A stretch of 32,000 nucleotides of DNA from NCBI GenBank assembly GCA_054661495.1, contig BAAFSQ010000078.1, positions 1 through 32,000 on the forward strand, in the 5' to 3' direction. Position 1 is the first letter of the stretch. Every line of letters starts with the position of its first letter. This stretch comes from Zygophlyctis sp. KS116 (taxonomy: Eukaryota > Fungi > Chytridiomycota). This document shows, piece after piece, positions 11,554 to 26,634 of the stretch. Position numbers and translations under genes: made by a program. The notes beneath the pieces were generated by a model, which was not told the origin of the DNA, did not search any database, and saw nothing but the letters and a program-made list of their open reading frames with translations.

Positions 11554-14500
11554 TCAAAGTTGCGGCTCCGACCGATTAAAATGATGTTTGTCTTTGAGCA
11601 GGGGAAGTTTCAAAAAGTTCTTTCCTTTGTTGTTTGATGTACAATCATGTGGACGAGTGAATTTGATTTCATAAAACCAACAATAATCATCAGTCTTTGA
11701 TTAAATTTAAAAAAATACCTCGATAACAAGAACAGAGCTGGAATATTTTGAGTTTTGCGGTGACTTTAAACACACATTGAACATATTATCAGAATTTTTC
11801 ATCAAAGAATCAGGCTTGAGTATCCCAGATGAAGGACTGACCAGAAACTGATCACCTTTAAGAAAATATGCAGTGAATTTCTGATCTTTGGGGCTCCTTG
11901 CTTTAATCATAAAGGAAGATTCAAACGAATTGGTTCGCTGATTGTTTTGTAAAATTATTGTTTCTTTCAATGAAGGAAGTGTTACCGCCAAATGTACCGG
12001 GATTTTCCATCTACAAAAAGCTTTTTGATTTGTAATGCAAATTGATCCGACAACATCAATAGGTTTTTTTGAGCATAATGTTATATTTAACTGTATAAGA
12101 ACTTTTGAAGCTGCTAAAGCCTTGTATTCACTTATATTCACTGCCAGAAATTTCTCTAATTCCACATTTTTTAAAGATTCAAACGAAATAACCAATCGTT
12201 CCTTGAGTGTAGACAATGTTTCATCTTCAAATCTTTGTCCTATAAGTTCAATTTCGATATTCTTGACCATTTTATCTCGGGCTCTGGACTCTACAAGAAC
12301 TGTCTTAATCGGCAAAATGGTTTCTACTATTCCACGAACAGGATAAATCCATTTCATTTCTTCATTCATATAAATCGAAATTTGTGCAGTTGAGAATTGC
12401 AATTCTTTCGGGGAAAATGTAAATGGTATATCAATTGCATCTCCAACCCCAACGTTGAAAGTCTTCCTTTTTGAAAGCATTAGGTTGAATTGATTGGCTT
12501 CCTGAATAAGTTCAATCGACAGCGATATCGTTTCTAGGAATGGATTGGGAAATTTAAGCACATGTGATTGTGTGATATTTACTGAAGATAGTACGACAAT
12601 TTCATCCATTATTTCAGGCTTCGTTCCAATTCCCTAGCTGATTAATTTTATAATCTCACTTCAAGACTATATATACTCGTTCCATTGACTTCACTTTCAA
12701 TAGTAAGTCGTGATTTGCTGGATCCAAGAAGACTTCTTGGACAAAAAGTAATTTCAACATCTCTGCATTCATTTGGTATCAGCTCGAAGGAGATGGATTG
12801 CTTTTTTTCTGATTTTTCAGAAGAATAATGATCAGACAAGAAAAAATCGCTTGTATCCTCTACATGAGCCAGGAATTTAGATGGTCTCAATCCAAAATTT
12901 CTAACTTCCAATTTATAAACCTAAATATCAACAATTGAAAAGTCTTTACAGACGTTTTTCCAATAGGGCAACTGAAAGTTGGCAAAATGATAGGAGGCGA
13001 CTTATCAGATGTTAGCAGCAATTCATACCCAAACTCCCCAATACTCTCTGAAGTAAAATATATAGACCCCTTAGAGGAATAAGAGAGTCCTAAATTATTA
13101 ACAAATTATTGAATTTACTTGGAGTGTAAAATACCGTATATTCGACTTCTTCTAGCGAGTCCAAAAATATATCAGCTTCATTTTCAAGCGAGAGATCATT
13201 TCCTTCAAGAGTCACTTTCATTTTGATCGAACTTTCTGTTGGATTTTTTAATGGAATTTTAAGTTCCACAGGCTTTCCAGCGACCGTTTTCAAAATGATT
13301 TGGGATTCAGGAGGAGGCCTTTTGATTTGAAGCTAAATATTATCGTAAAAAGTCTTACTTGTATTAAATACCAGAGATATGACTGATCGTGTCGATTTAC
13401 AAACTTTAATATCCCCTGAAAAGTGCCGGAAAATTTAGGAAGGATAGAAAATCTGAATATGGAAGATGAACTTCTATGAACTTTTATACTTTTTGGCCCT
13501 GTAAAGTTTGATAGGTCAGTCTGAACTTCATAATTGACATCTTTTTCTGTAATGTTTTTAACTGCCAGTTCCTGACTAATCTATCAAATGATTAATTATT
13601 GTAAGATACCAGACTCCTAGCTGCTCCTTCAATAGTAATTTCAGATTCAGGAAAAGGATCAGAAGCTATACCTTTCAAGCTATATGAGTTGTTCTGAGAA
13701 TCAGCCATGTTTTTTAAACTTAAATTAGATTGATAATCACCGGCCTTATAAGGAATAAATGATACAGGATAATAACTTATTTTTTTTGCTGGAGCTAAAA
13801 TAGAAAACGGCCCATAAAATCCGACATCATTGTTGAAATGCGCCTAAAATTAGAAGCAATATATCACTCTAATCGTCCATTCATTATCAGAATTATTAAT
13901 TATCGGAATTTCCTGAACAACCTCTTGACGGGCAGGAGCAGAGAATTCAAAATCTGCCTTTCGACCTTCCATACGCACAGAACAATTTAAATTATATATT
14001 CTAATGTCTGTTGTGTCCTTAGATTTAAGAGTGATCTGACAAGCGTATCTTCCAGCTAACTAATATCGATTAGTTATACGCTTTTGATTACCTTTGGTGA
14101 AAATCTAATGGGAAGATCCAATTGTGAACCACTGGTTTCAAATACATTTTTAAAAGCATTTTCCGAAAACGGATTAATTACAACGTCTGAGGGCCCTGAA
14201 AATACATCGTTAGAATAATTAACCTGTATTTAAAATGCATAGGATTCTTACAGAATACGCCAAAGGCTTCTTGGGTAAAATAAACGCATCTTTTTCTGAG
14301 TTATAAAAAGAACTATTCTTCATTAGATACTTATGAGTATCAGCTATTTTTGGAGAATTTCCCAAAAGCATAATATTGTGTATGGCTCGATCTCGGACAG
14401 GATTATTGTGAAATATTTTTATGGATTTCTCTAATAGGCCTTCCGATTTACACACCCAATTTAGAGTTTCGGTTTGAATAGGCAGTTTGGGTATTCCTTC

Positions 14501-17500
14501 AACCTTATATAAAAATTCACCGACTTTTTCGTCATAGAAATGTAAGTAGCAGCCAGTTTCAAAGAGCTTAAAATTTAAAAACAAAAAGTCGTTACCTCAA
14601 ATGGAATGTAATAAATCTTCAGATTTTTAGATCCTCGCGCCTCTATATCAATAATTGAATCTAAAATTTTAAATGGAGCAGGGTTATAGCTTTCATGTAT
14701 GCGTTCCTTAACGATAAAAATAAAGAAAATTTCTTACAGAAGCACAATTTTGTATGTCTTTCTAATTTATATTAAAGATTCTTATCCTACCTTAAACTGA
14801 CGCATATTTATCTTGAATGAGCCAGGCTGATCGAAAATATTTGTAATCGACAACTGCATGCTCTGAACAGGATTAGCGTAAACTTCAGATGTTATTTTGA
14901 ATATTTTGGTGGGCAAAAGTTCCTTTATAGTGCTAAACAAAGATATCGAAATGATAGATGAATGGTTTAACCCCAGCTGAGATGAAATGAGCTGTAATTT
15001 TGCTTCTGACCGTTTTACAAATCGACTTTTAAATAAAACTTTCAGATATGAGCTGGATTTGGAAGGTATTTCGAATTTCAAATCCTGGACAGAAAAATCA
15101 GTAGATCCCTCCATAGTGCAATTGTACTTGATCATATGATGATTTGAATTCGATAAGTAAATTCGCTTTTCTACCGGTTCTAATATATTGGCTGTACACT
15201 CTATTTGAAGTTGATTTTTAAACTGAGGCAACGTTTGATATAAAAATAAAACTAGGAGAGGCATATCGACCGCTTCCCAATCAACATCATCAATCTTAGT
15301 GAAAAATGGCTGGTTTCCAAAAACCTCTTTTAAGCATATCATGGCACTACCCCAGTCAATATTATCTAAAGATTTGAACAATTTTACCACGTGCTTTGAT
15401 CGATCTACAATATAGTGAGAAATCAACATTATGATGTATTTTGGCTCTTTAAAAAAATCCTGGAAACTTGAAATACATGTATCTACTTTCATAAACTAAA
15501 TGTAAGTATGTGTTAAGCTTTACTTACCACCGATATAATATAGCTGCACCATTTTAATAGAATACTTTCTGAAACGCTGAAAACGTTTGATGTCTTAAAA
15601 CCCCAAGTAGTTGTAATTTGAGCACCTTCATTTAGCTTAAAATGTTTAAGGGTAACAGTATTTATGGTGTAAATTTTAAATATTTGTAAGAATAAGGTAG
15701 TCCAAGCTTCAACAGAGATTAACTTTTGATATTTTTTAAAGTTTCTGTACCACACTGAAAACCGATCTGCTATCGTTACGCTATAATTTGATTGCTAATG
15801 TTATATCTGTCAAAAAGTTACAATTTGTTTGATTTTGTCCTCAACAAAATAATTAAAATCTATTTCAGAGAGGAGAAATTCAGGCTTTACGGAGCTGAGA
15901 TATGCACCATTGTTTTTGAGATAATTCAAAATTAAACCATATTGCTGTAATGTTTCTTTATACTTTTCGGAGCTGGGAATAGCTATGATTATGAGACAGT
16001 TATTAAATACATATGCTTATAGAGGTCAATCCTGGTATCTTTCGACCTGAAAAAAAGTATATAATATCTGCAATCGCCTTTCCTCTTGTCTCGATGAGAT
16101 TTTCTGGGAAAGCCGGCCCTAATTGTGATTTCAATGATTCATCCACCCAATTCCATAAAATTGATGAAGTTCTATTGAAAAATGAAAGTGCGTTTTTCTC
16201 ATCTAATGCACTAGCAATTTTTAAACCAGTAGCCGTGAAAAATATTTTTTGATCCCGAAATCGGTCCCTAAGATTATTTAAAACTTTAAATTAATTACAG
16301 TTTAGGCTTTAAATCTAAATCACCATTCTTCAGCAATTTCACAGACTTGTCGCGTTCATCAAATTTTAGGTTATAGTCTTTAGAGTTTTCCCAAATGAAG
16401 CTTTGTAGTGAAAAAAGAGAGTTATCGCTTGTACCATGGACAGTAATAAAAAATGAATTTTTAGCCGAGTCTATAAATTCGACTTTGGTTGAAAAGCTAC
16501 ATGGAACACTTGGCTCTGAAGAGTTTCGAGAACCGAATCTGAAGGCAGCATGAAGTTTTTCACCATCTCCTTTTAGTATTTTAGACTCTAAATACTCAAC
16601 TGTGAGAAATAGATTATGATTTTCTAGCTCCAGCTCCAACATTGACGTCAATTCCTTTCTTTCACAGCCATAATTAATTATCGAGAAGAAAGCTACTGAA
16701 TCAGATCCAGCAGCTAAAATGGGAAGAAATATTTCCGGAGGATCGAATACTATTGATGGATTGACACCAGTCCCACAGATGTAAATCGGAAATTCAGCTG
16801 TTGTTTCCATATAATCTACCAATAAATAGATTTCGGTTTCATATCTTTCTGCTTTTTCAGGATTAAAAAATATTGCCACATTTTCTGTTTGGTTAGCCGC
16901 AACAGTTCCTTCACTTGATTCTATTTTATATGTTCCATTCTGAAAAAGTGAATTCTTCGGACCAACATCAATCTTCCAAGTAAGCTCTCGATTTGTATTA
17001 TTCTTAAATTGTAAAATCTCTTTTTTTGCTGACCCAATGTGAGGGTCATTCGTATGTTCAAATACAACTTTCATTTGAAAATCTAAAACCTTAGTTAAGA
17101 CCAAAATCGGAGAAGGTATGCTCTTCAGTTCTAACGGTAAATTTATCTTTTGATCTTGCCCAATTAAAACCACTGGAACGCTGAAACGTAATTCTTCGGA
17201 AAAAATTGGAGAATACTTAAGAATCATTTCAGTGGCTTGCATAGGAAGTACATCAACTATGTACAAAGATCCAGATATGTTTAAATCATCCATAGATCCC
17301 ATTGAATCATAACAGTAAAACTCGCTATCCTTCGATATTTCAATAATCGGTGAAATATCACTGATTTCTTTTTGCCTGTCTTCGAGGTTTTTAGGTTCCG
17401 TTTTAATTTCGTTTAGAGGCAATATTTTTAGTGTATTCTGTAATCTGAAGTCAATGATATATCTATTGATTGTGAGACCATCATTCCTTAGAACTAATTT

Positions 17501-20500
17501 GTGCGTCGATGAGCATCCAACAATGACTTCATTTGAATCTCCAAGATTTTTAAGCTCCACCGTAGTCTTGGCCTGAGTGGCCTCATATTTAAATGGTAAT
17601 TTAATAACCATCTCCCCTCCCGCGATATATATAGCCAGAATTTCATTGAACGAACCAATTTTGTTGGGGCTGATTTTAAGAGCTAGTTCAAATATATTTC
17701 CATTTCCTTTCATGATGCCAAATCTAGAAGATAATAATATATCAGGATTTCCACTCAAGATATTAGCCGTAAATATTGCTTGATGCGGCGAAACATTTTT
17801 TAATTTCACTGTATAGCATCCAATCAACAGATTTTTAATTCTTACTTTTGTAGCCACTTTAGATAATAATATGTCATATTTTGGATCAATTTGACATGCC
17901 AGTATCCCGAAATCAATCGGACTGCTTTGAGCTTTTGTTCCTATTACGGAGCATTGTGGAGAGTTTATTTTACCCTCAAATGGGATAATCACAGTTTCCA
18001 AAACTTGCTTAGCTGCTCCAAAAGTATCTTCGATTCTAATAACAATATCAGCTTCAAGTTTTGATTTGATTCCCGGAAAGTATGTCAAGGTGACGGCTCT
18101 GGACTGCCTAGGAGGAACTTCGCCCATAGATGGCTCAACCAATAAGAAGCCATCAATGCTTATTATTTCAGATATAGAATGTTTGTTCCCATTTTGAGCT
18201 TCAATTTTACAAGAAAATCCACACGGATAATTTCCTTCATTTTTTAATAGTATTTTATGTACGGCTGTGGGCAAAGAAAAATTGGTTTCAACCTTTATGA
18301 TCGGAGTCATTGGTGAAAAGATACGATCTTCTTTATCCGAAAGCGCACTATCAGCCGTTACATAATCCGCCAATAATTCGATTTTCTTTGTATCTAGTTG
18401 GAGTTTCAATGCCAAAACGTTAGCTTTGACATTTACAAAATATTTATATCGCTGATTAACCGTGTATGCAATGACAAAATTATATTGCCCCGTTTTATGG
18501 CTAATAAATTTTAAATTAACTCCAGCTATTGACATAGATGGCAGTATTAGCAAATCAGACGACGAGGATAATATGTTATTGTATTCTGAATTTTCGCTGA
18601 TAATTTCTATTGAAATATGAATCGGTTCACTAGAATTGATAATATTTAAGAAATTAAGAGGGGAGAAATTAACAGAGTGTGTAGAAACATTTCCAAGATC
18701 GATCTCAGCTCTAGATACAATAATTTTTTGCAGATCCTCAGAGGAAATATGTGAATCTATCAAAGTTGGGAATTCTTGTTGAGATTCCAAGCTGAAGACA
18801 ATTGGTTCTTGTAATTTCAAAAGTAATGCTTTGATTTTTCGGTTCAAGGATGATTCAGACTCTTGTTTCCTAATAGTTTTACCATGATCTACCAAATGTG
18901 AGCCTATATTAATGTGCTCAGGAACTTCCAGCCCATTACCTCTATCAATCTTTCTAAAATCACTCGTGGAGGAATCAAATAATTGACCGTCGCTTCCAAA
19001 GTATCGATTTTTTTGAGCATCTAATCGAGCAATTCGATTCTCTTTGAGCATTTGAATGTATTTGTTCTGATGATTTATCTTTTCTTTCCATTCGGAGTTT
19101 ACCTTTTCGGAGACCTGCATATTTTCAATTGGCGGAATTTCAAGAGGCCTGATCTTGCTATCTACAGGCTTGGGCTTATGAAGATTATGAATGTCGAAAT
19201 ATGATGTGGCTAAGAATTTGTGCGTGCAAGTTCCCTTTAGAATGATATTAGAAACGAATATAGATGGCACTTCAACCGTTTCTCTCGAAATTATTCTTTG
19301 CTCTAATTTAGATCCACCAATTTTATTTAGCCGCTGCTTTCCCAGTGATTTTTTGAGTTGCTTTAAATCAAAAATATGACATTGCACCACCCGCTCAAAC
19401 TTCCCAAATTGATTAGGTGAAAAGGATGCGCGAATTCTAACTGAAGAATTCAAAGGAAGTGATCCTATTCTTGGATTGAATTCAAATTGCGCAACATTTT
19501 CAAATCGAAATCCAAATCCTAATAATTCACTACAGTTTTTAATTTCAAAATCTGTAAAAGAAGAAGATCCCACATCTATTTCACCAAAGTCTATTGTTTT
19601 TGTTGATACGCTATACTGTAAGGGGCAAGATTTTGCAGTAAGTAGAAGAGGTATTGGCATCTGTCCAGCTGTTGGTTTAATTTCAATTGTAGGGTTTATA
19701 ATTTTCAGAAGCATTGGAACAGAGAATGAGGCAACTGACTCTATCGGTCTATTTGTCTGCCATCCCTTTTCTGGCTTTTTTAACTTTGGAGAAAATTCGA
19801 ACCTTACTTTACAGGATTTGAAAGGATCTAAAATTCCTTCTGATGGTACAGCCACAATACATGAATTGACCGCCTGATCCTTAGCCAACATAATATTATT
19901 GGAAATAGTATGTGAAGGATCTGATTCAGAATAAATTATCCATTTTAAACAATCAGGACTATTATTTACAAGTTTAAATTGCAGTGTTCCATTTTGATTG
20001 CAATACACAGTTCCAAAATCCAATTTTTGCGTATTTATACTTGTACCATCACGATTTACTAGAGTCAGTTTATGTTCAAAAACATTTGCGACAATTTTCA
20101 GTGGTTTCTTCTCTCTATGAAGTGCTGCAACTCTATTTTTGGGGGTTGAGATTTGATTTTGACTCTCCAAATAAACGATTTCAGAAAAGTTTCCAATTTT
20201 TCCTGGGAAAAAATCGACTGTGATTTTACAACTGGATCTATTTTTGTTATCTGCACCATCTAAAGTAAAGTTTGACGGCGTTAGTTTCAAATATTTCGAT
20301 TTTACTATCCAGGAAAATGAGCCACAAGTTTTTCCTAAATTCTCCACCAGAAACTGTTTTGATACCCAATCCTCTTTATCAAAATATAATTGAAATCCGA
20401 AATCTAACTTTGATGCAAACTTGACGTTTGGTGAATTAGGAAACGCTTCGATTGGCAGAATAATTGATGGTTGTCCAACTATATCAATCATTATACGATC

Positions 20501-20959
20501 AGTATATAATCTATTTGATTCATCAGACTCTGAAAGAAGAAAATTGACAATTAATTCAAGAGACATTCCTGGAGAGATTAATATTTCATCATTAATCTTG
20601 TGCGAAGGAACAGATAAAGTGAATCTTGGTGACTTTGGCGGATGTAATATTATTCTTTTTACAGTCCGAGAAAAATTCCTGATTGATCCTTTAATTTTTC
20701 TAGTTTCTGCTATTTCATAATCCAAGATCTGCAGAAGCGGCGGATCTAGTCTTACATCAAAATACGCTTCCAAATGTTTCTTCCTGATCACCGCATCTGG
20801 TGAAATAAAGCTTGAAGACACGAGAGACGCCAAATAAGTTTTCCTGTATTTGATCGGCTCCAAGATCTGCAAATCTTTTTTATGCTTTGTAGAATTCCCA
20901 TTTTTTTCAATATGATTATCTAATCCAACAACATGTCTGTTGGACTCTGAATCTATCAT
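11554..20959 (-). CDS. CFAP47: Cilia- and flagella-associated protein 47 (multi ASH/Ig-like domain, ~3000 aa)
   Basis: 1554-aa first ORF with repeated ASH-like motifs (LDFG, PSEGILDP, FSPNQFGKF), then 16 introns of 24-32 nt. Later exons give NGAYLSSVKPEFLL, VFSVSESILLKW, VGEFLYKVEG, ARQEVVQEIPIINNSDNEW and LVIE|TDDYCWFYEI. Stop TGA at 11554-11556. Confidence 0.88.
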
Positions 20960-21094
20960 TAAATTAGAATACGGAAAATTATACCGGAAGATTAGCGATC
21001 TTTAGCGTCTAGAATTATAACTTTATTATAGTAATCGATTTGTCCGGTATATTTGTATCATTTAGAGCAATTAGTCGATTTTGGATAATATTTG

Positions 21095-21129
21095 AAGCCC
21101 AAGGTTCGAGTCTCGGCCGAGGCGATTTT
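21095..21129 (+). other. tRNA 3'-half-like element containing a Pol III B-box (degenerate tRNA or TFIIIC site)
   Basis: GGTTCGAGTC at 21103-21112, followed by a GC-rich acceptor-like CCGAGGCG and T4. The T-stem is imperfect and no intact 5' half was found. Confidence 0.3.
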
Positions 21130-21185
21130 AGAGATTATAAAAATGCAACCATTACGTTTTTATTTGTAAATAATCTTTCAAATTT

Positions 21186-21671
21186 TTAAAGAGTCTTATA
21201 TTGTCTAATATGAGATTTACAATAAATAGATCCACTGACCACTACAAATTTATCTTCACCTTTAACTATTTTTTTTCCACAATTTGAACAATTTGAATGC
21301 TTTGAACAGAAACTAGAATCAGTCCCTTTAAAAATATTATCAGTGATTTCTTCTTGACAGAATCCACAATGAAGCGTACTTTGGCTAATTGTGCGTGCGC
21401 GTTTAGTCCAAGCCTGATTTTGTCGTAAATCATCTCTTGAAGAATGACTTGAATTTCCTTCATTCAAAGATTGTAATTCCTGATCAATATAATAAGAATA
21501 AATCCTAGCAAGAGTCTGTCCTTCATCCTTCCCGTTATATTTTAATGAATCAGATCTATTCCTTATTTCTGGAGCATGATCTCCACGTCTTTCTAGAGTT
21601 ATTGGATAGAGAATGCATGGTAATTCAGATGAATTTTTATGTCTTTTAAGAGATCCGAAACAGTTGCCCAT
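21186..21671 (-). CDS. Small LIM zinc-finger protein with N-terminal myristoylation/palmitoylation motif
   Basis: Starts MGNCFGS. C-terminal CGFC-x17-CSKH-x2-CSNC-x19-CKSH double zinc finger. Intronless. Confidence 0.8.
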   Translation of the reverse strand: MGNCFGSLKRHKNSSELPCILYPITLERRGDHAPEIRNRSDSLKYNGKDEGQTLARIYSYYIDQELQSLNEGNSSHSSRDDLRQNQAWTKRARTISQSTLHCGFCQEEITDNIFKGTDSSFCSKHSNCSNCGKKIVKGEDKFVVVSGSIYCKSHIRQYKTL

Positions 21672-21869
21672 AATATCCAGAGATCTGTTCCCCTACACCA
21701 ATGCGGTCCGATCCATATCTAATCAGACATGATATATCTTGATTGATCAATGTCCGACTTTAATTATAATAGAATCGTTTATAATAATAAAACTATTTAC
21801 ATCCTTACAAGATGAGATCATTTCAATAAATGATTAGATCAGCCAGTGACGTTGACGCAGATTTTAAAA

Positions 21870-22763
21870 ATGAAATTGGGAATCATTGGAGCTGGTCAAA
21901 TGGGAATTGGAATCGCTTATATTGGAGCCTTGAAAGCTAAATTCCCAGTTACAATCCTTGACTCAAATGCCGATGCCTTGAAGAGAGGACAGAAATTTAT
22001 GAATCTGTTGCTACAAAAGGATGTATTAAAAGGGAAAATAAACCAAGATGAAGCTGATCAAGCACTTAAAAACATCCATTTGACGACTAATCTATCGGAT
22101 TTTAAGAAATCTAATTTCTTAATAGAAGTATCTAATGATTTTATTAATTCCTAGGCAGTTACTGAAAACATTGCTCTTAAACGAGATCTTCTAACCCAAT
22201 TAGATTCAATTATTGGTCCTGATGCTATTTTAGCTACAAACACTTCTTCAATCTCAATCACAAAGATTGCGTCTGCAGTAAAGAATCCCGAAAGAGTTAT
22301 TGGAATGCATTTTATGAATCCTGTTCCGGTCATGAAATTAGTAGAAATTATAAGAGGATTACAAACCAATGATGAAACTGCATCTAAAACTATTGATCTA
22401 GCCCAAAAAATGGGTAAAGTCACGACAACTTCTAAAGATATTCCTGGATTCATTGCTAATAGAATCTTGATGCCATACATTAATGAAGCAATTTATGTAC
22501 TTCAAGAAGGGATCGCAACAAAAGAAGATATTGATACAACAATGAAATTAGGAACTAATAATCCAATGGGACCATTAACATTGGCAGATTTTATTGGATT
22601 AGATACATGTTTGGCAATAATGAGAGTATTACATCAGCAATTAGGAGACTCAAAGTATCGACCATCTCCTTTATTGATATCGTATGTGGATGCAGGTATT
22701 TACAATTAAATAATTGTAGGATGGCTTGGTAAAAAGACTGGAAGAGGTTTTTATTCATATTAA
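21870..22763 (+). CDS. hbd: 3-hydroxybutyryl-CoA dehydrogenase
   Basis: Motifs [16 protein letters not shown]|[74 protein letters not shown]. Introns 22128-22154 and 22696-22719. Confidence 0.93.
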
Positions 22764-22767
22764 ATAA

Positions 22768-23033
22768 TTAATCTACTTGATTAGCCTTTTCTAATTTTTG
22801 TTTCCATATAGATCCAGCGACCGGTATTTGGGCTAAAACATCTCTTCTAAACAATGGAACTCTTTCCATTAGAAGCCCAACCGTAAAAGCACCAAAGGCT
22901 CCCCAAGATAATAGAGTTGGTCCGCTTTCTTTTTAGATGCATTAGCTTACTAGTTTCTTAACCGACTGCGAGTAAAAGTAGTCTGTAATCCTCTAATCCA
23001 AGGGGCAACAGTCAGCCAACTTTGCTGTAGCAT
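22768..23033 (-). CDS. QCR10: Cytochrome b-c1 complex subunit 10 (absent from the ORF track)
   Basis: With a 26-nt intron (22925-22950) it translates as MLQQSWLTVAPWIRGLQTTFTRSRLRNYGPTLLSWGAFGAFTVGLLMERVPLFRRDVLAQIPVAGSIWKQKLEKANQVD. The WG..G and P..RRDVL.QIP..G pattern is Qcr10-like. Confidence 0.85.
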
Positions 23034-23133
23034 GTTAAAATGTCAAGGAAAATTTAAGACACGCAACCCTGTGGTCAGTCCGTAAGTCAGTCAGTCACAA
23101 AGAGTATTCTATTAATCCCCGTGCGTTACTTTA

Positions 23134-24209
23134 TCAAAATGTAGGAGCATAAATGATCATACAAAATGATAACAGCATAGGGTCACTATTAACTGATTCA
23201 CAAAGTCCAGGAAAAATTGAATCTGTAAAAATACGAGTCACTAATGGTATAATAGAAGCAAGCGCAAGACTTCCAGAGTCTGATTTTGTCTTTTCACTAA
23301 AAGACAGAGATAATTTAGATTCAATAAATGTAAATCCATGATCCAACATTGACACTAATACAAGAGGAAAATCAGGACTTATATTAAAATTATTTTAAAT
23401 TCACCTTTCCAAGTAATCTCTAGTTTCATTTAGTAATTTTGTCAAGTCTGAATTCAACTCTAATTGATCAGTCTCTAAAGTTTCCTGATATTTAACAAGA
23501 AATTCATTCTCTTCTCCTTCTTTAGGCAAAAGAAATATAGAAAAATCCTTGATTTGATTATGAATTTCATCTCTTATTCCTTTTATAGTTTGTTTAATAT
23601 CATCAAAAGTCATATCATGTTTCAATGAAACACTTGATAATTCCTTCTTGACAATATTTTGTACATGAAATACAAAATCTTTCCATCCAATATTACAAAA
23701 ATACCAAGAAAAACTTAGATACATTTCTTCAGTGATTCTATCACCTCCAAAAGAAGAATTTAAGTGAATCCATCTTCCTAAAATATGTATTAGAGTTTTT
23801 GTGATGATTGATTGAAGAATAGTCACGTATACTAGAGCAATTAATCTAGTAAAACTCGTAATTTTGACATCCTCCCATCTATCTAATCTAGATGCAGCAT
23901 TGAGACTCAAGTTTGATTTTAAAACAGAAATCATCTTGAATTAGAAAATAAATATACCCATTCTACATTGCATTCCGCCTCTAGTGATTTTATCAATGCA
24001 TTCAAACTAGATTCCATGGCATCTTGAGAATTCTTTTGATTTGCTTGAAACTTTTTTTTGGTTCTTTTATTACATTATTAAACTTACTCAATCTTTAACT
24101 GCGATGATTTTCTATATTTTGTTTCGAATTCAATCCATTTCCACTCTGCAAGCTTCCAAATCCCTGCGATTGATAGTAATATACCAGACATCCATCCCAA
24201 TTTTGACAT
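23134..24209 (-). CDS. PEX3: Peroxin-3
   Basis: N-terminal hydrophobic segment, then KKKFQANQKNS, WEDVKITSFTRLIALVY, YLSFSWYFCNIGW and LLNETRDYLE|SPDF. Three introns of 23-27 nt. Confidence 0.88.
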
Positions 24210-24270
24210 TTTTATAAGCAATGAATGCAATAAGAATGCTTATAACCTATTGGTCTGTTAGGACGGCCCA

Positions 24271-26634
<2,364 letters not shown>

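Noticed and set aside
21040-21125. Functional or permuted tRNA gene
   Set aside because: The T-stem is mismatched, and there is no matching acceptor 5' strand or anticodon arm on either side.
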